DNA of 47,918 nucleotides from a virus: IMG/VR virus record IMGVR_UViG_3300045988_031971, positions 1 to 47,918 of that record; one strand, 5' to 3'. Shown piece by piece: positions 34,271 to 43,666 of this stretch (position 1 is its first letter; each line of letters starts with the position of its first letter). The notes under the pieces were generated by a model. It saw only the letters and a program-made list of their open reading frames with translations, ran no database searches and was not told where the DNA came from. The position numbers and the translations under genes were made by a program.

Positions 34271-36683
34271 CATGGTGGGCGGCGCAGGAGGCGGCATCAA
34301 GCTAGAGAGCATTTCCATCACCACACCGCCTGACAATATCACATATCTCCCCGGAGAGGTCTTTGACCCGGCAGGGATGGTGGTCACGGCGTCGTACTCC
34401 AATGGGGCCACCCTGACGGCCACCGGCTGGACCTACTCTCCCAGCGGAGCACTGCCCGAGGGGACGAGTGAGGTGGAGATCATCTACACCGAGGCCGGGG
34501 TGACAAAGACCGCCGTGCAGGCCATCACTGTGGAGCGTGGGACCATCTCTGTGCCCACGGTATCCGGGAGCCTTACATACAATGGACAGGCCCAGAGCCC
34601 CACCCTGACGGGCTACGATGCAGGCAAGATGATTCTTTCCGGCGACACCTCCGCCACAAACGCCGGGAGCTATACGGCGGTGGTCACGCCAACAGCGCAG
34701 TACAAGTGGGCGGATGGGAGCACTGAGGCGAAGAATATCCAGTGGTCCATTGCAAAGGCCACCCCCAGCATCACGTTTGACCCGGCATCTGTGAGCCTGG
34801 ATACCTCCACCACGTCTCAGGAGGTGGCTGTAAGCTACACGGGGGATGGAGTGCTGTCCGCTCAGTCCAATAACTCCGGCGTGGCTACGGCGTCCCTGAG
34901 CGGGAACATGCTGACCGTGGATGGAGTAGACACCGGCAACACGGCCATCCAGGTATCGGCCAGCGAGGGGACAAACTACACGGCGGCCAGCGCCTCTCTG
35001 AGCGTGGCGGTGCAGTTTGCGATTATCATTCCGGTGGTTCCAACACAGAGCGGAAGCCTGACATACAAACCATATACGTTGCAAACAGTATCATGGAACA
35101 ACTACGACCCGGATCAGCTGACCATTGGAGGGAGTGTCAAAGGCACCAATGCAGGGACTTACACCGCAACATTTACTCCTAAGCCCGGCTACCAGTGGTG
35201 GGATGGGACTACGGAGACGAAAAACGCGACGTGGACGATTAGGCAGGCGAACAACTCCGCTACTTTTTACCCAGATGGTACCCAAACACTAAATGCAAAT
35301 AAAAGGTCTGTTACCATTACTGTGACACCCCAATATGGAGAAATCAGCGCAAGCTGGATGGACCCAGACTATTCTCAATATGCTGATATTTCGGTAGACA
35401 ACAGTTCGGCTGTTAGTGACGGATACTGCTACATCACAGTATCGGCAAAAAAGCAGGTTCCAGCGGAAATAGGCAAGATTGGTTATTATGTAGAAACCGA
35501 AGGATCTACTAATTATGTCACAGTAAATTATGGAAAGTACGTTAAAATCGAATCCCTCACCTCCGTCTTCGGCGTCTCCTGGGACAGCTCCCAACCATCC
35601 ACCGCCCTGACCCGTCTGACCAAAGCCAACGATCCCAACAAGCTGGTCACTGTTGACATCACAACCGAGCCAGTACCCGCAGTTGGGACAGGCTCAGGCT
35701 CCTCACCATTCGATAACTATATGCCGTGGATGGGGATGGAGGAGTACAACATCATTAATACTTCTGGAAAAGTTTTAAACAAGAAAGGCGAATCTGGATT
35801 TACAAGGACAAACATTAGTGTGCCCGTAATGGTAAAAATCCCAGAGTTTTACTACAAAATCGAAAAGAGCGGAAGCATCTTCCGATATTACGTTGCGGAT
35901 GGGCCAGTAGACGGACTTTCTTTGCATCCGGGGAGCGGTGATAATTATTTGGCGAGGTATGAGGCCGGTGAAGCATCGTCAGGTACACTGGGGTTTATTC
36001 TTGCCAGCTATTCCGGTACGACCCCGAGTGTGAGCAAAACAAGAAGCACATTCCGGGATTACGCCAGAAACATGGCCTCCGGCTTCCAGCTCCGTGACAT
36101 CGCCGCATGGTGCGCTTATGATTTGTTGTATCTGGTCGAATACGCCGATTGGGATAGTCAAAAGAAGATAGGTCCGGGGATCGTCAACGACACAGCCGCC
36201 CATAAAACCGGCGAGACTGACGCCATGGTCTACCACACCGGAAGAGCAAACTCGGGTGATAATAGTGCGGTGCAGTACCGTGGAATTGAGAACCCGTGGG
36301 GGAGTGTCTGGGAGTGGGTCGATGGAATCAACTTCAATAACTATGCCCCCGTCATCTGTACCGATCCTACCAAGTATGCCGATGACACCACCACCAACTA
36401 TACCGTTGCTGGAGTCCCTTTGGGAGGCTCCGGCTCGACCAAAACCTTAGGCATATCCACGAATCTTCCGTGGGCCTATCTGCCCAGGGAGCCAGGGGGA
36501 AGCGAGACTACCTACATCCCGGATTCCATGAACTCGAGCTCCGCGTGGAAGGTGCTCATGGTCGGGGGTAGCCGGGGCAGTAGCTCGGCTGCCGGGCTCT
36601 TTTGCTTCCATGCCGGCAACTCCTCGTCGAGCTCGGGCGTCGGCATCGGAACCCGTCTCCAATTCCGGGAGGTGAAATCATGA
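34260..36683 (+). CDS. Receptor-binding tail fibre: Ig-like repeats plus a C-terminal C-type-lectin/FGE-sulfatase-fold domain
   Basis: Big-like N-terminus ([29 protein letters not shown]). [17 protein letters not shown] and a terminal GGS...AGLF...IGTRL pattern. Confidence 0.7.
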
Positions 36684-37033
36684 GAGTAAGAGGCGATAAC
36701 AACCCCGGCACGTTCTCTGTGGAGGCCATGCCCAATAAGCCAGGCTGGTGTCTGGTGCGGTTCTATGAGAATGCCCAGGAATATACCGAAGAGCTGGACG
36801 AGACCACCATCACGGGCTGGGAATACGACGAATATCACCTGGAACAGCCCGCCATCTCCCAGGAGGATATCGAGGGCAACCTTGAGGTCTATCTGAGGGC
36901 GGCGAAGGAAAACGAGGTCACCCCAGAGAGCCGCCTGGGGGATGTGGAGAAAAACAAGGCAGACAAGCAGGAGGTCGCCGCAGTATGGGACAGCATGGCG
37001 GCGGCGTACCAGGAGGGGGTTCAGAGCGTATGA
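36680..37033 (+). CDS. Hypothetical tail-fibre-associated protein
   Basis: ATGA overlap with the fibre gene. Confidence 0.5.
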   Translation: MRVRGDNNPGTFSVEAMPNKPGWCLVRFYENAQEYTEELDETTITGWEYDEYHLEQPAISQEDIEGNLEVYLRAAKENEVTPESRLGDVEKNKADKQEVAAVWDSMAAAYQEGVQSV

Positions 37034-37473
37034 CAACCAAAGATTTGGTCCTCAGCATAATGAGGTCCCAGGGGGCGGCAGACGCCCTTGACCTGCGAAG
37101 CCGAGCCACCGATCTTGACGGCACAGCCATCATTGCTGAGGAGAGCAAGACCCCCAATTTTGACTCGGAAAAGGACTATAGTCTGTGGCCCATCGGGGCT
37201 CCGGTGAGGGACGGTGAGCAGGTGTACAAGCTCCTCCAGCCCTACAACGCCTCTACATGGCCTGACCAAAGGCCAGCGGACCTCCCAGCCCTGTGGTCTA
37301 TCTGCCACACGAAAGACCCTGCCAGAGCAAAGCCCTATCAGGCCCCCAACGGCACCAGCGGCATGTACATGACTGGGGAGTGCTGCGTGGACGGCGGCGT
37401 AGTATATCGATGCCTGACGGACAACACCGTACATAGTCCAACAGATTACCCGCAGGCGTGGGAAATGGTATAA
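37030..37473 (+). CDS. Hypothetical protein (possible carbohydrate-binding)
   Basis: ATGA overlap. C-terminal Cys/aromatic-rich GECCVDGGVVYRCL. Confidence 0.5.
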   Translation: MTTKDLVLSIMRSQGAADALDLRSRATDLDGTAIIAEESKTPNFDSEKDYSLWPIGAPVRDGEQVYKLLQPYNASTWPDQRPADLPALWSICHTKDPARAKPYQAPNGTSGMYMTGECCVDGGVVYRCLTDNTVHSPTDYPQAWEMV

Positions 37474-37478
37474 AAAAT

Positions 37479-37506
37479 CCCCCTGTAGGAGCTTAACTAC
37501 AGGGGG
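37479..37506. terminator. 10-bp GC hairpin CCCCCTGTAG-N8-CTACAGGGGG at the end of the tail operon
   Basis: Perfect stem. The A-tract lies upstream rather than a downstream T-tract, so a U-tract exists only for minus-strand reading. Confidence 0.5.
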
Positions 37507-37637
37507 GCGCATCCGATTGTCGAAAAAGGGGGTAACCTTTTCTGAATTGGGAGCCGGATGCAGCGCCAGTATAGCACATCAAAAGAGGGCCCGCAAGAGG
37601 AGAGCAAAAATTTTGTCGAAATGGAGATACTTACCTG

Positions 37638-37973
37638 ATGGACGATAAATGCTTGATTGACCCGCAAAGAGACTGCCTGGGTAAAATTGAGGCCGCAAAG
37701 CTAGAGGGGCGAATTAAGTCTTTGGAAGAATGGCAACAGGAATCAAAGAAATTCCACAATAGCTTTTATGATTGGCAGAGAAGCCAAATTGCTAGAGATG
37801 CAAGGCTGGATGAAAAGTTAAATGGGATGGATATGAATATCAAAAAAGTACTCCAAGTCCAGGAAGCGTGCACATTGAAACCTGCCAAACGCTGGGATTC
37901 CATTGTGGATAAGTCTATTTGGGCTGTTCTGGCGGCGGTCATTGCGTTCCTGCTGGCGAGGATCGGCCTATGA
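37638..37973 (+). CDS. XhlA-like lysis-associated protein (coiled coil plus C-terminal TM)
   Basis: Coiled-coil N-terminus and C-terminal TM helix IWAVLAAVIAFLLARIGL. First gene of the lysis cassette. Confidence 0.55.
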   Translation: MDDKCLIDPQRDCLGKIEAAKLEGRIKSLEEWQQESKKFHNSFYDWQRSQIARDARLDEKLNGMDMNIKKVLQVQEACTLKPAKRWDSIVDKSIWAVLAAVIAFLLARIGL

Positions 37974-38317
37974 GCACGCAGATGATCCTAGCCGTTGTAG
38001 CGGCGTTCTCTCTAGCCTGTGTGTTCTGTCTGGGCCTGTGGTGGCTGTCCGCCCACCGGTCCAGAAGGGGCCGCACAGAGACCATGAAGGCCATCGTCTG
38101 GCTGTGCCTGTTCAATGGCTGCGCCTGGGTTTGGTGCTCCTATCTGCTGGCCTATCTGGGCCGTGAGCAGATCGCAGAACAGCTATCCGGGAAAGCCGTC
38201 ACAGAGATCATTGCCGTGATTCTGGCTTACGCCATCAAATCCATACTGGAGAACCTGAGCAAACATAACAACTGGCCGGATAGATCCGGCAAAAAGGAGG
38301 AAACCACCCATGAATGA
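37970..38317 (+). CDS. Holin-like membrane protein
   Basis: Three hydrophobic helices; ATGA overlap. Confidence 0.55.
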   Translation: MSTQMILAVVAAFSLACVFCLGLWWLSAHRSRRGRTETMKAIVWLCLFNGCAWVWCSYLLAYLGREQIAEQLSGKAVTEIIAVILAYAIKSILENLSKHNNWPDRSGKKEETTHE

Positions 38318-38630
38318 ACTGACCAACTATCTGCCCATGCTGCTGGCCCTGGTGCTGGCGCTGACCCTGGTGACCAACATCATCGTACAGGTGCTCAAGG
38401 GCCTGCTGTATGATATGCTCCCCACCAACCTGCTGGCCTTCCTGGTGGCCGCAGTGGTAACGGTAGGGGCTGGCTTCGGCCTGTGGTCCTATTACCGCTT
38501 TGCCATCACAGGCTGGATGATCGTGGCGCTGATCGCCCTCATCTTCCTGGTGGCCTTCTCCGCAATGTTCGGTTATGACAAACTGGTGCAGCTGATGGAG
38601 CAGGCGGGGTGGATCAAGGCACAGAAGTGA
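38310..38630 (+). CDS. Holin
   Basis: Three TM segments. Sits immediately upstream of the endolysin. Confidence 0.6.
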   Translation: MNELTNYLPMLLALVLALTLVTNIIVQVLKGLLYDMLPTNLLAFLVAAVVTVGAGFGLWSYYRFAITGWMIVALIALIFLVAFSAMFGYDKLVQLMEQAGWIKAQK

Positions 38631-38641
38631 GGAGGCGCACT

Positions 38642-39304
38642 ATGGCAACCGCTGAAAAGATATTGGAGATCGCCCGGTCGCAGATCGGGACCAAAGAATC
38701 CCCCGCCAAGAGTGATAATGTGAAATACAACACTGCCTACTATGGAAGAGCAGTCTCGGGCGGTGGATATCCCTGGTGTGCCGTGTTCGTCTGGTGGGTG
38801 TTTCGGGAGGCCGGGGCCTCTGACCTGTACTATGGCGGAGATAAGACCGCCTACTGCCCCACTCTGATGTCCTTCCACAAGAATCAGAAGGTGACTGACT
38901 ACCGGCCAGGAGACATCGTGTTCTTCAACTTCTCCGGCAGAAGCTCCGCCGGACATGTTGGCATCTGCGAGAGCTGGGACGGGACCTACATCACCACCAT
39001 TGATGGCAACACCGGAAGTGCCAGTGAGGACAACGGAGGTGCGGTACTGCGCCGCCGGAGACACAAGAAATTCATTGTGGGCGCATATCGCCCCGAATAT
39101 CAGGAGGATGATGATATGACTCAGGATCAGTTTGATGCAATGATGGAAAACTGGATGTCCAGACAGGCCAAGAAGAAACCGACCCAGCAGTGGGAAATTG
39201 AAGGGCTGGAAAGAGTGGTTAAGGCTGGCGTTACAGATGGGTCCAGGCCCATGGGTTTGTGTACTCGACTGGAGGCTGCTATGATGGCGGCTGCAAATAA
39301 GTAA
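38642..39304 (+). CDS. CHAP-domain endolysin
   Basis: YPWCAVFVWWVF (catalytic Cys) and SSAGHVGI (His). RBS GAGGAGG. Confidence 0.8.
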   Translation: MATAEKILEIARSQIGTKESPAKSDNVKYNTAYYGRAVSGGGYPWCAVFVWWVFREAGASDLYYGGDKTAYCPTLMSFHKNQKVTDYRPGDIVFFNFSGRSSAGHVGICESWDGTYITTIDGNTGSASEDNGGAVLRRRRHKKFIVGAYRPEYQEDDDMTQDQFDAMMENWMSRQAKKKPTQQWEIEGLERVVKAGVTDGSRPMGLCTRLEAAMMAAANK

Positions 39305-39319
39305 TAAGGACGTGACCAA

Positions 39320-39571
39320 ATGAGTGCAAGAGTAAAACTTCCAGAACCGTTGGACAAGCTCTTGCGCTCTCAGCTCGAAACAGCCATCCGGGAGTCCGCT
39401 TTGCACAGAGATGATGACTTGATCGCAAGACGATATATCATCGAAAAATGGGCGCAGATAGATATTGCCGCCGAACTGGGCTGGCGTAGATCCACTGTTG
39501 GAGATCACTTGAAATATATCTTAAAGCGAGTGATAGAGGTCTCTGAGCAGCTGTACACAAAACGTACATAA
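39320..39571 (+). CDS. Sigma-70 region-4-like / LuxR-type HTH protein
   Basis: DLIARRYIIEKWAQIDIAAELGWRRSTVGDHLKYILKRV. Confidence 0.45.
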   Translation: MSARVKLPEPLDKLLRSQLETAIRESALHRDDDLIARRYIIEKWAQIDIAAELGWRRSTVGDHLKYILKRVIEVSEQLYTKRT

Positions 39572-39581
39572 AGCGTACAAA

Positions 39582-39618
39582 CCCCCGACTGGGACCGAAC
39601 CCAGCCGGGGAATTTTTA
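39582..39618 (+). terminator. Rho-independent terminator
   Basis: CCCCGACTGGG-ACCGAA-CCCAGCCGGGG followed by AATTTTTA. Confidence 0.65.
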
Positions 39619-39718
39619 TGCGACAATATAGCCATGGAGGACGTGAGGATAAAGGGTTGGTACACGTCGCCGCCCTCCTCACGGACTCCATTATTTTTAT
39701 ACAAAGGACGTGTGATAT

Positions 39719-39880
39719 ATGACTCCAGTGGAAAGGCTGGTGGCCGCCGGTATCCGACCGGACTGTGCCGCTGAGAGTGTGATGTGGTATCAGGCCCAGG
39801 GGGATGATTATGGGCTCCAAAAATATTTGGATGAAGTAGAGGCGAGAAAGGAGGCGCTGGACAATGGCCGGATTTCCTAA
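39719..39880 (+). CDS. Hypothetical small protein (53 aa)
   Basis: ORF MTPVERLVAAGIRPDCAAESVMWYQAQGDDYGLQKYLDEVEARKEALDNGRIS. Confidence 0.4.
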   Translation: MTPVERLVAAGIRPDCAAESVMWYQAQGDDYGLQKYLDEVEARKEALDNGRIS

Positions 39881-40352
39881 CTATACATACCCCGCTTATG
39901 GCGGCTACAACCCCGTAACTCCGTTCGCGCCTGCCCCACAGGTCTACCAGCCTATGCAGCAGCCCGCTCCGCAGCCCGTACAGGCCGCGCAGACGGTTGG
40001 GAGTACAAACACACAACCTAACTTTTTCTGCCGCCCTGTAGCCTCCAGAGAGGAGGCGCTTGGAGTCCCGGTTGACTTTATGGGTGCTCCAATGTTCTTT
40101 CCGGACCTTGCCCATAATGTGGTTTACATGAAACGATTCAATACCAACAGCGGAGCAGCTGATGTATTCGAGTTTAAGCTCGATGTACCTAGAGAAAAAC
40201 AGGAGCATGCCCCTGCGCAGGTCGCAGCCTTTGCGCCACTGGACGAGTTTATAGACATGAAGGACACAGTGCAAAACCTAAAAGACGAGGTGGACAGGCT
40301 GAAAAAGCCCGCTGGAAAGGCAGTGAAAAAGAATGATGCCTCCGATGAATAA
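39864..40352 (+). CDS. Hypothetical protein with a Pro/Gln/Tyr-rich N-terminus
   Basis: MAGFPNYTYPAYGGYNPVTPFAPAPQVYQPMQQPAPQPVQ... Confidence 0.55.
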   Translation: MAGFPNYTYPAYGGYNPVTPFAPAPQVYQPMQQPAPQPVQAAQTVGSTNTQPNFFCRPVASREEALGVPVDFMGAPMFFPDLAHNVVYMKRFNTNSGAADVFEFKLDVPREKQEHAPAQVAAFAPLDEFIDMKDTVQNLKDEVDRLKKPAGKAVKKNDASDE

Positions 40353-40578
40353 TCCCATGATGGCTATGCTCCAGATGGCACGGAACGGCGGAAATCCCAT
40401 GCAAATGCTCCAGCAAATGGCTGGGCAGAATCCGCAGGCCGCCCAGGCTATGCGGCTCATTCAGGGGAAGAATCCCCAGCAGCTTCGGCAGATCGCGGAG
40501 AACATGGCAAAGGAGCGGGGGATCTCTATTGATGATCTTGCCCGGCAGCTTGGTGTAACGATTCCAAGCAACAGATAA
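40333..40578 (+). CDS. Hypothetical Met/Gln/Pro/Asn-rich protein
   Basis: MMPPMNNPMMAMLQMARNGGNPMQMLQQMAGQNPQAAQAM... Confidence 0.5.
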   Translation: MMPPMNNPMMAMLQMARNGGNPMQMLQQMAGQNPQAAQAMRLIQGKNPQQLRQIAENMAKERGISIDDLARQLGVTIPSNR

Positions 40579-40584
40579 TTCCGG

Positions 40585-41241
40585 TTATTTCCTTTTCTTG
40601 AGGACAGCATCCTTAATGGCATCTTCAAAGGACATGCCTTTATGCACCTTTTTATAAACGGAACCAGAAGATATTCCAAGTACAGAACACCACTCTGTAA
40701 TACATCGTGTTTGTCCGTCAATAGTAATAAAACGATTGGTTTTCAAGTTATGTACTTGCTCTAACTGCGTTACCCATCTGCAATTATCTGGAGAATAGCC
40801 CTTTTCCCCATCAATTCGATCAATAGTTAACTTCGGATTTCCGGGATGTGTTTTTTCACACCATTCTATAAATTTATCTGGAGAATATCTCCATTCTTCG
40901 CAGACAGTTATTCCCCTCGCTCCATATTTTAAATATGCAGGTTCGTTTTGATTGTAGCATCTTCTAACCATATCATTCCACTTTTTGTAGAATGGGTGCT
41001 TGCTCAAGCCGTGTGTTTTCCTGTTGTTATCCCAATAATGTTTCCCCCTTTTTCCTTTGGGCAAACAACCGCAGGATTTTACATCCCCACTCGAAAATTG
41101 ATACGGAAAACAAAAAACAGTGTTACCGCAATCGCATAAACATTTTAACTTGACTCTCCCGCCAGTACTAGGTTTTATGTAGCCTACAACGGTTAACTTA
41201 TTGTTCTTTTTGTCAATAAACTCATTAACATCAATTCGCAC
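40585..41241 (-). CDS. HNH-type homing endonuclease
   Basis: IDRIDGEKGYSPDNCRWVTQLEQVHN (HNH_3-type motif) plus a C-terminal HTH-like region. AT-rich relative to its flanks. GTG start. Confidence 0.7.
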   Translation of the reverse strand: MRIDVNEFIDKKNNKLTVVGYIKPSTGGRVKLKCLCDCGNTVFCFPYQFSSGDVKSCGCLPKGKRGKHYWDNNRKTHGLSKHPFYKKWNDMVRRCYNQNEPAYLKYGARGITVCEEWRYSPDKFIEWCEKTHPGNPKLTIDRIDGEKGYSPDNCRWVTQLEQVHNLKTNRFITIDGQTRCITEWCSVLGISSGSVYKKVHKGMSFEDAIKDAVLKKRK

Positions 41242-41354
41242 AAGATCACCCTACTATATTATATCGCAAATATTATAATAATTCAATAACATTTTCTGAT
41301 ATATAACGGGGCGCGCGACCCGATATATAAATTACTAACAAAGGAGAACTATTT

Positions 41355-42116
41355 ATGGACGATTTTGCAACCGGATATATTGCTGGACAGGGAGATAACA
41401 ACAATAGTAGCAATGGCATGTGGGGTGATGGCGGCTGGATTTTTGGCATCATCATTCTGGCTATGGTCTTTGGCTGGGGCCGCGGTGGCTTTGGCGGCTT
41501 CGGTGGTTTTGGGGGCGGCGCTTCTGACAGCCCTGGCCTCCAGGGGCTTGCTACCCGCGCCGATGTGAACGAGGCGATTGCATTCAACGGTGTGGAGCGG
41601 GGTATCCAGGGCATCCAGCAGGGCATTTGCGACAGCACTTATGCCCTGAACAACAGCATTACCAGCGGCTTCAACAACACCAATGTTGCTCTGCTTCAGG
41701 GCTTCAACGGCGTCCAGTCTCAGATGTGCAATATGGCCGCTCAGGCTCAGGATTGCTGCTGCCAGACCCAGCGGGCCATTGATGGCGTGAATTACAACAT
41801 GGCGACCAATACCTGCGCCATCCAGAACACCATCCAGGGCAGCACCCGCGATATCCTGGAGAATAATAACTCCAACACCCGCGCCATTCTGGATTTCCTG
41901 ACTCAGAGCAAGATCGATTCCCTCCAGGCGGAGAATCAGTCTCTGAAGCTGGCTGCCTCCCAGGCCAACCAGAACAGCTACCTGACCGCTACTCTGGATG
42001 CCCAGACCTCTGAGCTGATCCGCCGGATCAACCCCATGCCCGTGCCCGCCTATCAGGTGCCCGCCCCTTATCCCTACTGCGGGGCCTATAACAACGGCTG
42101 CGGCTGTGGCTGCTAA
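41355..42116 (+). CDS. Membrane-anchored Gly-, Gln/Asn- and Cys-rich protein
   Basis: TM helix GWIFGIIILAMVFGW, GGFGGFGGFGGG, DCCCQ, and a C-terminal PYCGAYNNGCGCGC. Confidence 0.6.
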   Translation: MDDFATGYIAGQGDNNNSSNGMWGDGGWIFGIIILAMVFGWGRGGFGGFGGFGGGASDSPGLQGLATRADVNEAIAFNGVERGIQGIQQGICDSTYALNNSITSGFNNTNVALLQGFNGVQSQMCNMAAQAQDCCCQTQRAIDGVNYNMATNTCAIQNTIQGSTRDILENNNSNTRAILDFLTQSKIDSLQAENQSLKLAASQANQNSYLTATLDAQTSELIRRINPMPVPAYQVPAPYPYCGAYNNGCGCGC

Positions 42117-42167
42117 ATTGCATCAAAATCGAGGCAATTAAATTTCCGGCTCTGCCGTGACTACTTC

Positions 42168-42206
42168 GGGGCGGTGGGCTGAGTGTCTGCCGCCCCTGAT
42201 TTTTTG
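42168..42206 (+). terminator. Rho-independent terminator
   Basis: GGGGCGG-N15-CCGCCCC followed by TGATTTTTT. Confidence 0.65.
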
Positions 42207-42219
42207 GAGGTAAACCTAT

Positions 42220-42441
42220 ATGCACACTATTGATGAAGTAAAACAAGAACTCATTGAGCACCTCTATAGCCTAGATAAAACGAAAATGAGTGTTTCAGAG
42301 CTGCGGACTTATGCTGATACCGTTCAGGTGGCCTGCAATATCGCTAAATCAGACAAAGACGATATGTTTTTGGAAATATTCAAGACAATCAATTCTGGTG
42401 CTGGATTCAACCGGGCTGCCGCAACAAAGGAGGATGGCTGA
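42220..42441 (+). CDS. Hypothetical protein
   Basis: RBS GGAGG. No recognisable motif. Confidence 0.5.
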   Translation: MHTIDEVKQELIEHLYSLDKTKMSVSELRTYADTVQVACNIAKSDKDDMFLEIFKTINSGAGFNRAAATKEDG

Positions 42442-42443
42442 CC

Positions 42444-42839
42444 ATGGCATGTAAACCTGTATGCAGACTTTGCGACCGGCTCGTGCTTTCTCAGGCGGTC
42501 GCCTTTACCGGCGGGAACCTGGAGATCAACCTGCCTGCTGGAGCCTACAAAAACGGAGAGAAGTATTGCGTGGTCGTGGCTCAGGCCATCCCCGACACCA
42601 CCACCATCAATGCTCCGGTGTATTTTACCATCGGGACCGGAACCACTCTCTATCCCATGACGAAGCGGAATTGCGCTCAGGTCACCGCCTGCGGCATCCG
42701 TACCCGGACCAAATACTCTTTCTGTGTCGTGACCACCCCCACCGGCGGCTCGTTCCGTATGCTGGGCACTCCCTGCTGCTCCCCCAGCAACAACCTCACC
42801 AGCATTGACGGGGGCGCTGCTCCCGCCCCTACGGCGTAA
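42444..42839 (+). CDS. Hypothetical Cys-rich protein (10 Cys in 131 aa)
   Basis: MACKPVCRLCDR...NCAQVTACG...TPCCSPSNN. RBS AAAGGAGG. Confidence 0.55.
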   Translation: MACKPVCRLCDRLVLSQAVAFTGGNLEINLPAGAYKNGEKYCVVVAQAIPDTTTINAPVYFTIGTGTTLYPMTKRNCAQVTACGIRTRTKYSFCVVTTPTGGSFRMLGTPCCSPSNNLTSIDGGAAPAPTA

Positions 42840-42851
42840 GGAGGGATCAAG

Positions 42852-43634
42852 ATGAAACGATCCACACGGATGATGCTCATGTCCAGTGGCAGCAATCGCC
42901 GCTACAACGACGGACGGAGCTATGATAATTATGATGTCGATGATAAATTCCGTGACCGCCGTGGCCGGGAGCATTATGACAACGGTCGATATGCGCCCCG
43001 TTCTGAGATGATGGAACCGGAGGACCGGGGATATCGTCGATACTCCGATGGCCGTTTTGCTCCCCGTAATGATGGCGGGATGTGGGTAGAGAGTAACTAT
43101 TGGGATGACCGTATGACCGGCCCTCAGTCCCACTACCCATACTATATGCCTCCGGCCTATACTGATAGACGGGAGATGACTAGGCCCATGAATAAGATCG
43201 GATTCGCCATTTCCGGTGAGGGTGAAATGAAGACCCCCAGGGAGTTTGAGCACGACTACCGAATGAACGAAATGGAATACCGGAGAGGTGGAGAGCGAAT
43301 GAGTGGCTATGGAGCCGCTTCCGGGCACATGCCCTTCGACCGCCGTATGGCGGAGGAATGGACTGCCAATATGGAAAATGAGGACGGCACAAAGGGGCCT
43401 CATTGGTCCTTTGAGCAGGCCAAGCAGGTTATGGCCCAGCGCGGGATCGAGTGCGACCCTGCGGAGTTCTGGGCGGCCCTCAACATGATCTACAGCGATT
43501 ATGTCAAGGTCGCCAAAAAGTTCAACGTGGGGAGCAATATCGACTTCTACGTGGACATGGCGAAAGCGTTTCTGGACGACAAGGACGCCGGACCGGACAA
43601 GCTCGCCAAGTATTATCAATACGTCGTGAGATGA
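42852..43634 (+). CDS. Hypothetical protein with an Arg/Tyr/Asp/Asn-rich low-complexity N-terminus and a globular C-terminus
   Basis: NRRYNDGRSYDNYDVDDKFRDRRGREHYDNGRY... RBS TAAGGAGGG. Confidence 0.6.
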   Translation: MKRSTRMMLMSSGSNRRYNDGRSYDNYDVDDKFRDRRGREHYDNGRYAPRSEMMEPEDRGYRRYSDGRFAPRNDGGMWVESNYWDDRMTGPQSHYPYYMPPAYTDRREMTRPMNKIGFAISGEGEMKTPREFEHDYRMNEMEYRRGGERMSGYGAASGHMPFDRRMAEEWTANMENEDGTKGPHWSFEQAKQVMAQRGIECDPAEFWAALNMIYSDYVKVAKKFNVGSNIDFYVDMAKAFLDDKDAGPDKLAKYYQYVVR

Positions 43635-43637
43635 CAG

Positions 43638-43663
43638 ATCCGCCCTCAGAAATGGGGGCGGAT
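43638..43663 (+). terminator. Hairpin ATCCGCCC-N9-GGGCGGAT after the last cargo gene
   Basis: 8-bp stem with a weak T-tract. Confidence 0.45.
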
Positions 43664-43666
43664 TCA

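Noticed and set aside
34260-37473. A complete diversity-generating retroelement around the receptor-binding protein.
   Set aside because: No ORF in any frame shows reverse-transcriptase motifs, and no template-repeat copy of 36561-36659 was seen anywhere in the circle. Only an orphan VR-like tip is reported.
41298-41330. GATATATAA direct repeats as the target-site duplication of an inserted mobile element.
   Set aside because: Only 15 bp lie between the repeats, too little for an element. It is kept only as a minor note alongside the homing endonuclease.
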